DNA of 64,000 nucleotides from a plasmid: sequence record NZ_CP092205.1; one strand, 5' to 3'. Shown piece by piece: positions 10,242 to 20,329 of this stretch (position 1 is its first letter; each line of letters starts with the position of its first letter). The notes under the pieces were generated by a model. It saw only the letters and a program-made list of their open reading frames with translations, ran no database searches and was not told where the DNA came from. The position numbers and the translations under genes were made by a program.

Positions 10242-13200
10242 ATGTCGTCTATCCGTGAAGTTGTTAAATCCACATTGCAAGTCTTAAAATCGAAGGAAAA
10301 GCCGGTAGGCTGGCCTTCGACTCATGCCGACGGTTCTGTTTGGCGAAAGGTAAAACCTTCCGGAGAGAAGGGGGCCTGGGCGATGATTAAATCGCCTTCG
10401 CAAGCACGAGCTTCCAAGATCATTGCGGATACGGTAAAGAAGATCGAACATTCTCCTAAAGAAACAAACAAAAATAGCGAACCGCCTTCAATCGAAGAAA
10501 AACCGTTCACCCTCATTTCAGAAAAAGTACAAAAACCAAAAAAACAAACCCTCTCTTCTGAACCGAATCTTTTCAATATAGCACCGAAGACAGAAAGAAA
10601 ATACTTAAACCAAAATTACAAACCCAACTACTTCCCTGAATCGATTCGTGACTTAGGAGATTTTATCACACAGGTAAAAAATACGCTTTTAGACGCGGGA
10701 CTTGACAAACGAGCCAGTGAGTTCGTTGATCTCGCTTACAAGGGAGAAAACAATCTAAATAGTCTTTTAAACATTTCTTACAAATTTGTAAGTATCTCCT
10801 CTGAAAGCGTAAATAAGATCATTCGTTTCTTAATTTCTTCAAAAGTTCAAGAAACAAAAAGATCACTTTCAGAGGCCATGCTTGGAAATGAGAATGCGGC
10901 CGGTGAGCATGACGTAAAGGAACCCAAAACCTCAAAACTCACGTCGGATTCGCTTTCCGGAATTGTCGTTCAATTACAGGACTCTGAATTAAATCCGGAT
11001 GACAGTTTATACGTTGAAAGACTCAAAGAATCCGTAGAAAAAAAACTCATTCCTCTCGCTATATCGGCAAAGATAAACGACGCTCTTTCGAAACTTATAG
11101 AAAAAGAACCTTCGATCGTTTTAAAGATTATTCGAAACTATGTAACTGAATCTCTTCTCAATTATAACGCGAAAATCAAACCAAAACCAATTGATGATAC
11201 CTCGCTAGTAAAACGCGCAGTTCTATCCACAAAGTTTAGAAACTTAGCCGATTCGATGGAAGAATCGATTCGTAACAAAGAAAGCCCACCCATTTCAAGG
11301 CAAAATGTAACTTTTCGCAGAGCGAGAATTGCAGATGCTATGTATGAAGACACCAAACAAATGCGGGACATTCAATCTGCGTTACGGGGAATAGCGGATG
11401 AGATAGATTTAGGGACGTTTCCTGAGAATCTCAAAAAGATAAAAAGCAAGAAGGACATTGAACAAATTCTCAATGTTTCTCATTCACTAGACAATCACAG
11501 GAATAATCGAGATACACAAACTCAGAAGCCCCTCACCGAGAGATTATCAGTATGGTTTCGAAAAATAGAACCGCGATTTATTTCAGAAACAGAAACGAAT
11601 CACATAACTGTTTCTGGTAATAATAAAATATACAGTCATAATCTGACCTGGGCATACAAAAACGGGCTGATTTCAAAGTCAGAACTAGAACAAGCAAAGA
11701 AGGTTCAAAAAACAATCGGTTCCTATGAAGCCGAATTTATCGAATCTTCTAATTTGGAAGAAGTTGAGTCCTTGAAAAGACTCATGGATAAGTTTAATAA
11801 AATTGAACAGTGTCTTTATGCCCGTCCCGCAAAGCCAAATACAAAAAACCCCGTAATTATAAAAGATAAACCCTATGAGTTATATTTTAAAGGAAATCCT
11901 TACTCGAACTATGCCGAAAGGTCGTTAGCTGTCCTTCGGTTAGGACTAAATACTTTTGAACAAGTCCATGAAGCCGGTCAGTATCTTCGCACCCTCATAG
12001 CAAAGAACAAAGACGGCGGATCCGATCCGAAGAAAATTGAAATTCGGAATATGGAAAGGGAACTGATTGGAAATAAAATTCCAGGATTCTTTCCAACGCC
12101 AAAACCCTTAGCACAAAGACTTATCATTGAGGCAGATATTCAGCCTGGAATGGATGTTCTTGAACCCTCTGCCGGGAAAGGAGACTTAGCGGAAGTAATT
12201 TCGGAAGAGACAGGAATTCATCCTGATACGATTGAACCTATATTTTCCTTAAAGAACATTCTGCAAGCAAAAGGATATACGATTGTTGCGGACGATTTTT
12301 TAGATTTTGTGGATAGAAGGTATGATCGTATTCTAATGAATCCTCCGTTCGAGAAAGGATTAGATATTCGTCATGTATTACACGCCTATTCTCTACTCAA
12401 ACCGGGCGGAAAACTCGTTGCAATCATGTCTGAAGGTCCGTTTTTTCGGGCGGATATTAAGTCACAGGAATTTCGAAAGTGGTTAACTGAAAAAAGAGGA
12501 TCGTCTGAAAAGTTACCGGAAGGTTCTTTTACTGGAAAAGATTCTTTCAGACAAACCGGAGTCTCTACTCGCTTAGTAACTCTTACCAAGCATACAGATG
12601 ATATTTTGTATCATAAAAATATGTCTGGAGGAATCTCACGCACCTTCGTTGATAACTACCAACCGGAATTGAATGTTTCGAATCGGGGAGTTGCGAGTAA
12701 TTCGAATGATTGGACTTTAAAATTACCAACTGATGGAGATAAATTAGAAGACTGGCCAGTTCGATTTAAAACAAAAACCGAAGCGATCGATCAAGGTATA
12801 AGATCAAAACGCCTTATTCAGAAATATTTTTCAGAGCCGGAAGAATATGGAAAAATCGTAAAACCGGCGGATCCAAATGTTCGTTCTGAAGCGATGAAAG
12901 GAAATCAGAATGCAGTCGGTGAACATATCGTTGAAGTGGGAATTCAAGGAATTTTGGATGAAAGAAATGCTATCCCACCGCAATCAAACACTACACTTAT
13001 AAAAGAAACGGTAAAGTCCGTAAAACAAAAGTCCTTTAATTCCGTTTCTGAAATATTAGATGATAGGGAAAAAAACAAGGAATTCAAAGATGCAAATACT
13101 CGCGTAGAAGGTTCGAAGAAAGAAAGAGCCGCACTCTCAAAATTACTTTCCTATGCGGATATTTCAAATATGGATTTCGTAACAGCCGAACGAGTCGTAA

Positions 13201-14996
13201 AGAAAGATCGAGTGATAACTCCATTCAACGCTAGAGAACGTAAAGAAAAAGGGGAAAGTGCAGGGCTTACCTATTTAAAAGCAAAAATTTATGAAGCAAT
13301 AGCGTCTAAACCTGCCGATTCTCCTTTTGCACGGGAACAATACGTTAAAAATTTAGAAAAGATTATGGCGCCTATTTTTAACGCCAAAACCATCAATGAA
13401 ATACAAAGTTATTCTTTGAATTTTGTTGAGATTAGTCCTTACGATTTAAGCAATAAATTTGGAGAGGTTATGAACTCTCTTAAATCAAAATTAAATGGAA
13501 TTACTGAGAACGAAAAAAACATTCTAAAGGAAGAATATCAAAAACTCTTTGCTGAAATTATCCCTGGCTCCGAGGTATTAGTTGATAGAATTCTTAATGG
13601 AAAAGTGATTAACTCTTATGATTTTCGTAAAGAAATCATGGTCTTTTTAAAGAAACCTTCCTATCGTTTCGATAACGATCCAAATTTGATTGTACATTCT
13701 ACTGTATTTGGAGACAAACTGATTAACCTTCTCCGGAGGAGAACCGATTCCGGAAAAAATATTTGGAATAATGCAAAGCTTTTTGAACCACTTGGTGAGC
13801 AAGAAGCAAAGGCACAGTATGAAAAGTATTGCAATAATTTTCTACGCGAAGATAAAGAGTATATCGAGCGTGTGAAAAAGAAATATCCAACGTTTGAAGA
13901 TTATTTTCGTAAACGTTTTCAAAATGCTATAGGTAGAAGAGAGTTTGCTGAAAAAAAATATGCTTATGCAATTAATTTTAAAAAACCTCATTCCCGCGAA
14001 GAATGGGCAAAAGATCCAAAAAATCAAGTGAGGGAAAACAATTGGGATTGGTTGGATAAAAAACGTTCAATCGGGACAAAGGGATCCGGCTATGAAATTC
14101 ATGGCGGTTCACCACTTCCAAAGCTCATACGTGCCAATGGACGTATCGTTAAACCCAATGAAATTGCATCCGATCGATTGACTCAAGATTGGGGTTTTAA
14201 ATCCGTACAATTTGGAAATTATATGGATGATCGAACTTCCCGAGAACATATTACTCGTTTCGTATGTGCTTTAAAAGATTTAGAAGACGCTTTAGAAATG
14301 GATCTGTCTAAAGTGATCCATGAAGGAAATTTAAGCATGTCTTTTGGAGCTCGTGGAATTGGAAAGGCAATGGCTCATTATGAACCAGGATACAGAATCA
14401 TAAATCTAACAAAGAAAAAAGGGGATGGAACTTTTGCTCACGAATTCGGGCATTTTTTAGATCACTTGGCTACAGGAAAAGAAGCCAACCGAGGTGGAAG
14501 TCATTACGTTAGCGAAGATTTTCAAGGGTCATTTGGCGATTCTGCTCGAGTTTTGATGAATGCTATTCGAAAATCACCTTCAGGAAAAAATACAAACTAC
14601 TTTATTTCAGCGCAGAAAATCGGATCAAAATATTGGTCAAAACCAAGGGAATTATTCGCAAGGGCTTTTGAATCTTACGTTGAAGACAAAATGAAAGCGA
14701 AAGGAATGAAAAACAATTATCTGGTTGCCCCAAATACAGTCGGCGATCCTGATTCATTGACGGATGGCGAACTTAGGGAACTTGCTTATCCACAAAGAGA
14801 AGAAAGGATTCGAATTTATAACGCGTTTGAGGTTTTTTTTAGAGAAATGAAGCTTCAAAAAAACTGGGTGAAACCATTCGATTCAAACACTCAACGAATT
14901 TCTTTGGTAGAAGAAAACCTAGATACGGTTGGTGATATTGTAAAACAAAAGAAAAAAAGAAAATCTGCGGTAGAAGACCAAGAAACTTTATTATAA
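10242..14996 (+). CDS. polyvalent protein: N6-adenine DNA methyltransferase domain plus C-terminal HExxH zincin-like metallopeptidase domain (1584 aa)
   Basis: SAM-binding motif I VLEPSAGKGDLAEV and catalytic motif IV ILMNPPFEKG at about aa 640-720. Metallopeptidase signature TFAHEFGHFLDH near aa 1400. Long K/E-rich linker regions. Confidence 0.6.
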   Translation: MSSIREVVKSTLQVLKSKEKPVGWPSTHADGSVWRKVKPSGEKGAWAMIKSPSQARASKIIADTVKKIEHSPKETNKNSEPPSIEEKPFTLISEKVQKPKKQTLSSEPNLFNIAPKTERKYLNQNYKPNYFPESIRDLGDFITQVKNTLLDAGLDKRASEFVDLAYKGENNLNSLLNISYKFVSISSESVNKIIRFLISSKVQETKRSLSEAMLGNENAAGEHDVKEPKTSKLTSDSLSGIVVQLQDSELNPDDSLYVERLKESVEKKLIPLAISAKINDALSKLIEKEPSIVLKIIRNYVTESLLNYNAKIKPKPIDDTSLVKRAVLSTKFRNLADSMEESIRNKESPPISRQNVTFRRARIADAMYEDTKQMRDIQSALRGIADEIDLGTFPENLKKIKSKKDIEQILNVSHSLDNHRNNRDTQTQKPLTERLSVWFRKIEPRFISETETNHITVSGNNKIYSHNLTWAYKNGLISKSELEQAKKVQKTIGSYEAEFIESSNLEEVESLKRLMDKFNKIEQCLYARPAKPNTKNPVIIKDKPYELYFKGNPYSNYAERSLAVLRLGLNTFEQVHEAGQYLRTLIAKNKDGGSDPKKIEIRNMERELIGNKIPGFFPTPKPLAQRLIIEADIQPGMDVLEPSAGKGDLAEVISEETGIHPDTIEPIFSLKNILQAKGYTIVADDFLDFVDRRYDRILMNPPFEKGLDIRHVLHAYSLLKPGGKLVAIMSEGPFFRADIKSQEFRKWLTEKRGSSEKLPEGSFTGKDSFRQTGVSTRLVTLTKHTDDILYHKNMSGGISRTFVDNYQPELNVSNRGVASNSNDWTLKLPTDGDKLEDWPVRFKTKTEAIDQGIRSKRLIQKYFSEPEEYGKIVKPADPNVRSEAMKGNQNAVGEHIVEVGIQGILDERNAIPPQSNTTLIKETVKSVKQKSFNSVSEILDDREKNKEFKDANTRVEGSKKERAALSKLLSYADISNMDFVTAERVVKKDRVITPFNARERKEKGESAGLTYLKAKIYEAIASKPADSPFAREQYVKNLEKIMAPIFNAKTINEIQSYSLNFVEISPYDLSNKFGEVMNSLKSKLNGITENEKNILKEEYQKLFAEIIPGSEVLVDRILNGKVINSYDFRKEIMVFLKKPSYRFDNDPNLIVHSTVFGDKLINLLRRRTDSGKNIWNNAKLFEPLGEQEAKAQYEKYCNNFLREDKEYIERVKKKYPTFEDYFRKRFQNAIGRREFAEKKYAYAINFKKPHSREEWAKDPKNQVRENNWDWLDKKRSIGTKGSGYEIHGGSPLPKLIRANGRIVKPNEIASDRLTQDWGFKSVQFGNYMDDRTSREHITRFVCALKDLEDALEMDLSKVIHEGNLSMSFGARGIGKAMAHYEPGYRIINLTKKKGDGTFAHEFGHFLDHLATGKEANRGGSHYVSEDFQGSFGDSARVLMNAIRKSPSGKNTNYFISAQKIGSKYWSKPRELFARAFESYVEDKMKAKGMKNNYLVAPNTVGDPDSLTDGELRELAYPQREERIRIYNAFEVFFREMKLQKNWVKPFDSNTQRISLVEENLDTVGDIVKQKKKRKSAVEDQETLL

Positions 14997-15051
14997 TCTA
15001 AAAAATTCCGATTTATTTCGCTTTGCTATTTTTATTCGAGGGAAACTTTAA

Positions 15052-15441
15052 ATGCCTAGCTTTCTCGGTCCGTTTACCAATGAGGACTTTCCGGAGGACA
15101 ATCGTTTGAAAAAACTAAACGTTGCTGAAGCCGAAATCGATTTTTCAAATGCGGCCGGCACCTTAAATTTAGGGGATATTCTTCAGGTGAATTCTGTGGT
15201 AGTTCAAGTCTTTGTTAGAGTCCTTACTCCATTTAACGGATCTCCTTCTCTCACGGTAGGAGACACGATAACCGCAGACAAATGGTTAGACGCTAATGGA
15301 ACAGACCTTTCTTTATCCGGTATTTTTTTAGGATTTGCGTTCGAAATTCTTACTTCCCTTACTCAAGCCCGTGTATATTGGAGTCCAAACGGGTGTAGCG
15401 CTGGAAAGTTGCGTGTGTATCTTTTAGTTTCCGATCCGTAA
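15052..15441 (+). CDS. hypothetical protein (129 aa)
   Basis: ORF downstream of the polyvalent gene. No motif. Confidence 0.3.
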   Translation: MPSFLGPFTNEDFPEDNRLKKLNVAEAEIDFSNAAGTLNLGDILQVNSVVVQVFVRVLTPFNGSPSLTVGDTITADKWLDANGTDLSLSGIFLGFAFEILTSLTQARVYWSPNGCSAGKLRVYLLVSDP

Positions 15442-15718
15442 GTTTTTATAAATCGTGAATCTGATCGGTAAAATCCAAAAAAGTACGCGCTTGACAATAT
15501 TAGGAAAACAAGAATTGTCTTCACATTCAACGAGTGGATGGTTTGAAATAAGGTGACTGGACAATTAGTATTTTTAATTACATCCCCATTTTATTCCCAA
15601 CTCGTATTTATGGACAACAAATTCGAGTATTTACTGGTAATCTTTATAGACTTATTTTATCTTTCTATTTTGAAAGTAATAGATGATAATGAGTAATTAA
15701 TATTCCGTATTTTTTTAT

Positions 15719-16618
15719 TTAAGGATGTCTAGATGAGCATATTCTACAATTGCACATTTGAGAAGTGAAATGCCTAACTCCAACGACAGAGTTGTTAATT
15801 CTATCCGCTCTTTGAAAAATCAAATTAAATAAAGAGTCTTCCGAATTTTCTAGATATCTTCTTAAAGAATAAGAACATAAGTCGGCAATTTGAATCATAC
15901 TAGTAAGTTTTGAATCAACGAATAGAGGAGTTTCAATAATCTTAGTAATATTCCCCCAAAATGTTCCGTGGTTATGAAAATGACGCATCAAATCCGTATG
16001 CCTTTTCTCTACCGTATCGTTATTATCATGAATTAATAATCCGTAACTTTCAGGCACTTGTCCGGATCTATCCATTATTTCTAAATATTTATGAAATCGA
16101 TTTACAATTTGCTCAAGAGCATGCTCATCTAAAGGTCTTGCAGAAATAGTCGGGTTGAAATGAAGTTTATCAATACATTCAGCGAATAATCGGGCATAGC
16201 TCCAATTTGCAATTGTTTGCGCTAACTCTGTAATAAAATTAAGACGTTCTGTATAAGTGAGGTGAATATATGAGGCGGTTTCTCTGAAATTCTTTTTTGT
16301 TTGTTTTAATCTTTTTGAATTCTTTTGTCTTTGAAGTTTGTGAATTTCAGATATCCGAAATCTTTCGACTTCTTGCTTTCTTTGTATGTGGTCTAATGAT
16401 TCAAAATTTGGAATATTCTGTTGTTCGTAATACGGTCTTAAAATCCAACCTGTATGAATTTCGGCACCTTCAAGATTAAATTTTCTTTTTATATTATCAA
16501 TTTGCTTTTCGCTTATATTCCAGAATTTCACAGGAATAGAAAGACCAGCTAAAACGTAGTGGCTTGTATTTCCAGGAATGTTTGGAGTCCCAGATTCATC
16601 CAGGTAGCAAAGATACAT
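15719..16618 (-). CDS. DUF3800 family protein (299 aa)
   Basis: N-terminal MYLCYLDESGTP (the family's DESG hallmark) and C-terminal IQIADLCSY segment. Opposite strand in a low-GC pocket between tail and head modules. Confidence 0.55.
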   Translation of the reverse strand: MYLCYLDESGTPNIPGNTSHYVLAGLSIPVKFWNISEKQIDNIKRKFNLEGAEIHTGWILRPYYEQQNIPNFESLDHIQRKQEVERFRISEIHKLQRQKNSKRLKQTKKNFRETASYIHLTYTERLNFITELAQTIANWSYARLFAECIDKLHFNPTISARPLDEHALEQIVNRFHKYLEIMDRSGQVPESYGLLIHDNNDTVEKRHTDLMRHFHNHGTFWGNITKIIETPLFVDSKLTSMIQIADLCSYSLRRYLENSEDSLFNLIFQRADRINNSVVGVRHFTSQMCNCRICSSRHP

Positions 16619-16794
16619 AAATTTTATGAGGACGGCGACTGGCGATGGGGCTGAAAGCCCCTCGTTGAGACGCTAGGCGACTCATTCCAGACGCTTCTGG
16701 AAGGCTATATTAAATAGACTAATTTCACAAGCGATTTTCTAAACTAAAATTTAACTTTTTTCAAGTAACAAATTGGTTTTCATATTACTCAATC

Positions 16795-16873
16795 TCTACA
16801 TAGTAGAGTGTCCAAAATTTTGCGTCTAAACGCGGGGTTTGTGTCCAAATTAACGGTATATAGGGATCAGTAA
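16795..16873 (+). repeat. copy A of ~90-bp repeat (right internal inverted repeat partly deleted)
   Basis: ctacatagtagagtgtccaaaattttgcgtctaaacgcggggtttgtgtccaaattaacggta..tatagggatcagtaa. About 85-90% identical to copies at 27610 and 58678 (minus). Lies about 185 bp upstream of the head-module gene at 17058. Confidence 0.6.
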
Positions 16874-17057
16874 TAACGTTATCATATTTTTTATTATTTA
16901 TAATTTTTTTTGAAAGGCATAAACAGAAATCTTTCATCTAGCATTCAATATTGTAATTTCGAATTCCGGCAACACCCTATCTAAAGAATTTCAAAAATAG
17001 GGACACGTATCCATATCTTTCCCTTCCGATTTTTCTTTCGCTAATACAAGGGTCTCT

Positions 17058-17981
17058 ATGTCAGAGACCCAATTTCTTCACCCGTTCCATATCATGAAAG
17101 CCACTCCGGAGGATCGGACTGGCGCAATCAAAATCCTAGTCAAAGCGTCTTCGGAACGAGAAGATCGGCAAGGAGAAGTTATCCTTAAATCCGCATATGC
17201 GGATCTATCGATGCGGTCCGAATTCACTTCTCAAGGATACTTCGATTTTAACCATTTAACGGACCATATTGATAAAGAAATTCGGGACTTAAAAAAAGAA
17301 GGTAAGTTAACCGGATCGGTTCTTGTCGATTTACAAAAATCCAAAGCAGAAGCAATTATCGGCGCGCCCGAACAAATCGGGTTGAAAGAAGATTTTCCGG
17401 CGCACTATGGAATCAAAGACGACGGACTGTATATTCTCGGAAGGCTTTTTCCCGGAAACAAATTCGCAGAAGAAATTCGAAAAGGATTACAAGCCGGGTT
17501 TCAAGGTTGGGGAGCTTCTGTTTCCGGATTTGCGAGACCTCAAGACTACCAAGGAAAAACAATTCGCAAAATTCTTCTGCGTAAATGTGCGATTGCTCCA
17601 CTTCAGGAGGTCATCAATCCCGATACTTCGGTTCAATTGATAAAGGGAGCAATATTTCTTCGAGATATTGAGAAGAGTATTTTAGAAGGAGTATCAGATC
17701 CTACTGATCTTTCAACGAACTTAGAATCCTTCGAACTAGAACGACTTAGACGAATTGAACGTAAACTCGACTTTTTAACAAAACTATTTCAATCCGATCC
17801 AGAAGCGCAGGATCGATTCGTCGAACTCATCATCTCCGATATTTCGGATCGTGTTAGAAATCAGGGAATGGAACTTCGGTCCGCCCTGATTCGCTCGGTT
17901 CTCCAAACAGAATACAGCATCGAAGGCGAAGATTTAGAAAATCTCACCGATGCCATATTTCTAAAACTGAGCGGAGAATAA
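17058..17981 (+). CDS. head-module protein, possibly prohead protease/scaffold-associated (307 aa)
   Basis: First gene of a protease-scaffold-capsid-like triplet. The protease assignment is positional only. Confidence 0.3.
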   Translation: MSETQFLHPFHIMKATPEDRTGAIKILVKASSEREDRQGEVILKSAYADLSMRSEFTSQGYFDFNHLTDHIDKEIRDLKKEGKLTGSVLVDLQKSKAEAIIGAPEQIGLKEDFPAHYGIKDDGLYILGRLFPGNKFAEEIRKGLQAGFQGWGASVSGFARPQDYQGKTIRKILLRKCAIAPLQEVINPDTSVQLIKGAIFLRDIEKSILEGVSDPTDLSTNLESFELERLRRIERKLDFLTKLFQSDPEAQDRFVELIISDISDRVRNQGMELRSALIRSVLQTEYSIEGEDLENLTDAIFLKLSGE

Positions 17982-17984
17982 CCG

Positions 17985-18812
17985 ATGATACAAGACGCGA
18001 TCAATCGTCTGAAGGAGCGTGTAAAATCAAAACACGTAAAAAAATCAGACGATCCTACTAGCGAAGATGCACCTGACTTACAAGCCTTAGCTTCGCAAGT
18101 AACAACGTTACTAGATTCTGGAAGTGTAATTCCGGAAACAGATAAGGTGAAGGAGTGGGCGATTGCTCAAGGAATTTCGGAAGGAGAAGCTGAATCCTTT
18201 GCAGATGATGTAATTGATGCGTATTTCGACGACAACGACGGAAACGAAATTGCAAAATCCGAACTTGGAGAATCCGAAAAGAAGAGTAAAGAAAACAAAG
18301 ATGATGAAGAGGAGGGAACCGGATCCGAAAAGTATGATAAGAAAGAGGAAAAAAACAAGAAGAAGAGAAAAGACGAAGAAGAATCTGAGAAAGAGAAGGA
18401 GATCGAAAAAGCTCGTCTTGAATTTATCTCAGAAATTCAAAGCACACTAGAAATTCTAAAAGCCGGTCAAGAAACTCTCGCGGCTGCGATTGAGCATCTA
18501 ATGGATACTGCGGAAGATAATTCCCAGCTATCAAAAGAAGTTCAAACTCTCAAATCCGAAATTGGAGCGCTCACAAATCGTCCAGCCACCGAGAAAGCGC
18601 CAGTCACTTCCAAAATACAAAAGTCCAACGATCCCACAAAGGGGGGAGGACCCATTACAGGAAAGGACCGAGATCAAACCGGAAACCTAATCATCAAGGG
18701 AATCGAAGCCGGTCGCTGCCAAATGGAAGATATCGCGTATTTCGAGTCCACCTGGAAACTTTCCGACCGAGCACAAGCATTTATAAACGATTATAAAGAG
18801 GTTCAAAAATAA
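17985..18812 (+). CDS. scaffold-like acidic coiled-coil protein (275 aa)
   Basis: Highly charged K/E/D-rich helical sequence immediately upstream of the capsid-like gene. Confidence 0.4.
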   Translation: MIQDAINRLKERVKSKHVKKSDDPTSEDAPDLQALASQVTTLLDSGSVIPETDKVKEWAIAQGISEGEAESFADDVIDAYFDDNDGNEIAKSELGESEKKSKENKDDEEEGTGSEKYDKKEEKNKKKRKDEEESEKEKEIEKARLEFISEIQSTLEILKAGQETLAAAIEHLMDTAEDNSQLSKEVQTLKSEIGALTNRPATEKAPVTSKIQKSNDPTKGGGPITGKDRDQTGNLIIKGIEAGRCQMEDIAYFESTWKLSDRAQAFINDYKEVQK

Positions 18813-18813
18813 T

Positions 18814-20265
18814 ATGACCGGCCCTCACACACTCGATCAACTAATCGAGATTAAAAAAGCGTTCGAAGCGAACACTGCCTTAAACGGCGCGACTCCTTTC
18901 GTAGACATCAACTCTTCGGGTGCAGTTTTATCCATGCAGTCGCTTGACAAAGTCTTCGTGGCTACCGTTTCAACGGACAAAGATTTTAAGTTTTTAAAAG
19001 AAGTTCCGAGAAGAACCACAAATCAGGTTATCGCGGAATACAACCGGAATCGTTCTCATGGCGGTGGTTGGTACAATTCTTCCTATATCGGACAGTCCGA
19101 TGAACCTTCCTTCAGAGATCCACAACTCGATCGATTGTATAACGAAATCAATTATATTGCGGAAGGATATTCTTTTAACAAAGTAGTCGATACCGTAAAT
19201 AACTCACAAGATCCGGAACTTACTCAATCGAACGCCGCACTTAGGCGCGGTATGGAAAACCAAATGAGAAAAATTTGGTTTGGAAAGAAAGACTTAAATA
19301 AGCTAGAACAAGACGGATTCGAAACACAAGTAAAGTCATTAGGCAAGAATTTCTACACCGATTGTCGAGGTGCGTTACCCGCCGTCGATGAAATGAAATA
19401 CTATAGCTCTCAAGTCAGAACAAAACAATTCGGTCAGGTGAACTATGCTAAAATGCACCCCGCGACAAAAGCTCTCTATGATCAAAATTATGACAGAGTA
19501 GGGGGAGCCGTTGTAATCCAGAATAACAACCAATCTCCGGGGAACACTTCTCTTAGTAATATCGTTCACGGTGTAGCGGATTCAAACGCTAAAGATAACA
19601 TGATCCTTTTTGATGATGATATCTGGCTTGATCGTCATGAATGGAGCGTCCCCATGAGACGTGACCAAGTTGGGGCTTGGGTTGAAGGAGCTACAAGTGA
19701 TACGGAAGCTCCCGCAACTCCTTCCTTTACCATTGCATCTTTGGCTTCGGTTCCCGGATCTCTTTTCACAGGATCGTATGTAGGAACCTACAAATACAGA
19801 ATCTCTGCGGGCGATTTGAGACATTGGTCGAAAGCTTGTAACGAACAAAGTATAGCAATTCCAAACGGTGGAGCGGCAGAACTTACAATTACTCCTGGAA
19901 CGGGTGGAGTACCCGAGACAAGATTTGTGATCTTTCGTGAAACAGGCCCGAATTCTTCCATCATTCGTTACATGAGAGAGGTAAAGAAAAACACTGCGGG
20001 TCCTACAACTATTCTCCAAGATTTAAACGAAGATCTTCCCGGAACCACGATTATGGTACTGGGAGATTTTAATTCTAAATCGGCAAGCGACGACACAAGA
20101 ACTCTAGTATTAACCGAACTTCTGGGATATACGAAGACGCTCTTTCCCTACGGAGCGGGAGGAGCTTTACGTTCTCGTCTTGGGATCGTTGAAAACTATA
20201 GCGTTCTTCAAATCCTTGCGGAAGACAAGTTCCGAGTGTTTACGAACGTTCCAGTCAGACTCTAA
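18814..20265 (+). CDS. putative major capsid protein (483 aa)
   Basis: Size and position after the scaffold-like gene, start 2 nt after the upstream stop. Inferred without alignment. Confidence 0.45.
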   Translation: MTGPHTLDQLIEIKKAFEANTALNGATPFVDINSSGAVLSMQSLDKVFVATVSTDKDFKFLKEVPRRTTNQVIAEYNRNRSHGGGWYNSSYIGQSDEPSFRDPQLDRLYNEINYIAEGYSFNKVVDTVNNSQDPELTQSNAALRRGMENQMRKIWFGKKDLNKLEQDGFETQVKSLGKNFYTDCRGALPAVDEMKYYSSQVRTKQFGQVNYAKMHPATKALYDQNYDRVGGAVVIQNNNQSPGNTSLSNIVHGVADSNAKDNMILFDDDIWLDRHEWSVPMRRDQVGAWVEGATSDTEAPATPSFTIASLASVPGSLFTGSYVGTYKYRISAGDLRHWSKACNEQSIAIPNGGAAELTITPGTGGVPETRFVIFRETGPNSSIIRYMREVKKNTAGPTTILQDLNEDLPGTTIMVLGDFNSKSASDDTRTLVLTELLGYTKTLFPYGAGGALRSRLGIVENYSVLQILAEDKFRVFTNVPVRL

Positions 20266-20329
20266 AGTTTCAAGCACACACAACGTTTAGAGAAATTTCA
20301 GGAGGGGTAGAATCTTCTACCCCTTTTTT

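Noticed and set aside
18058-18450. Three overlapping ORFs (65-78 aa) in both strands within the scaffold-like gene.
   Set aside because: They are products of the low-complexity K/E/D-encoding purine-rich sequence, not independent genes.
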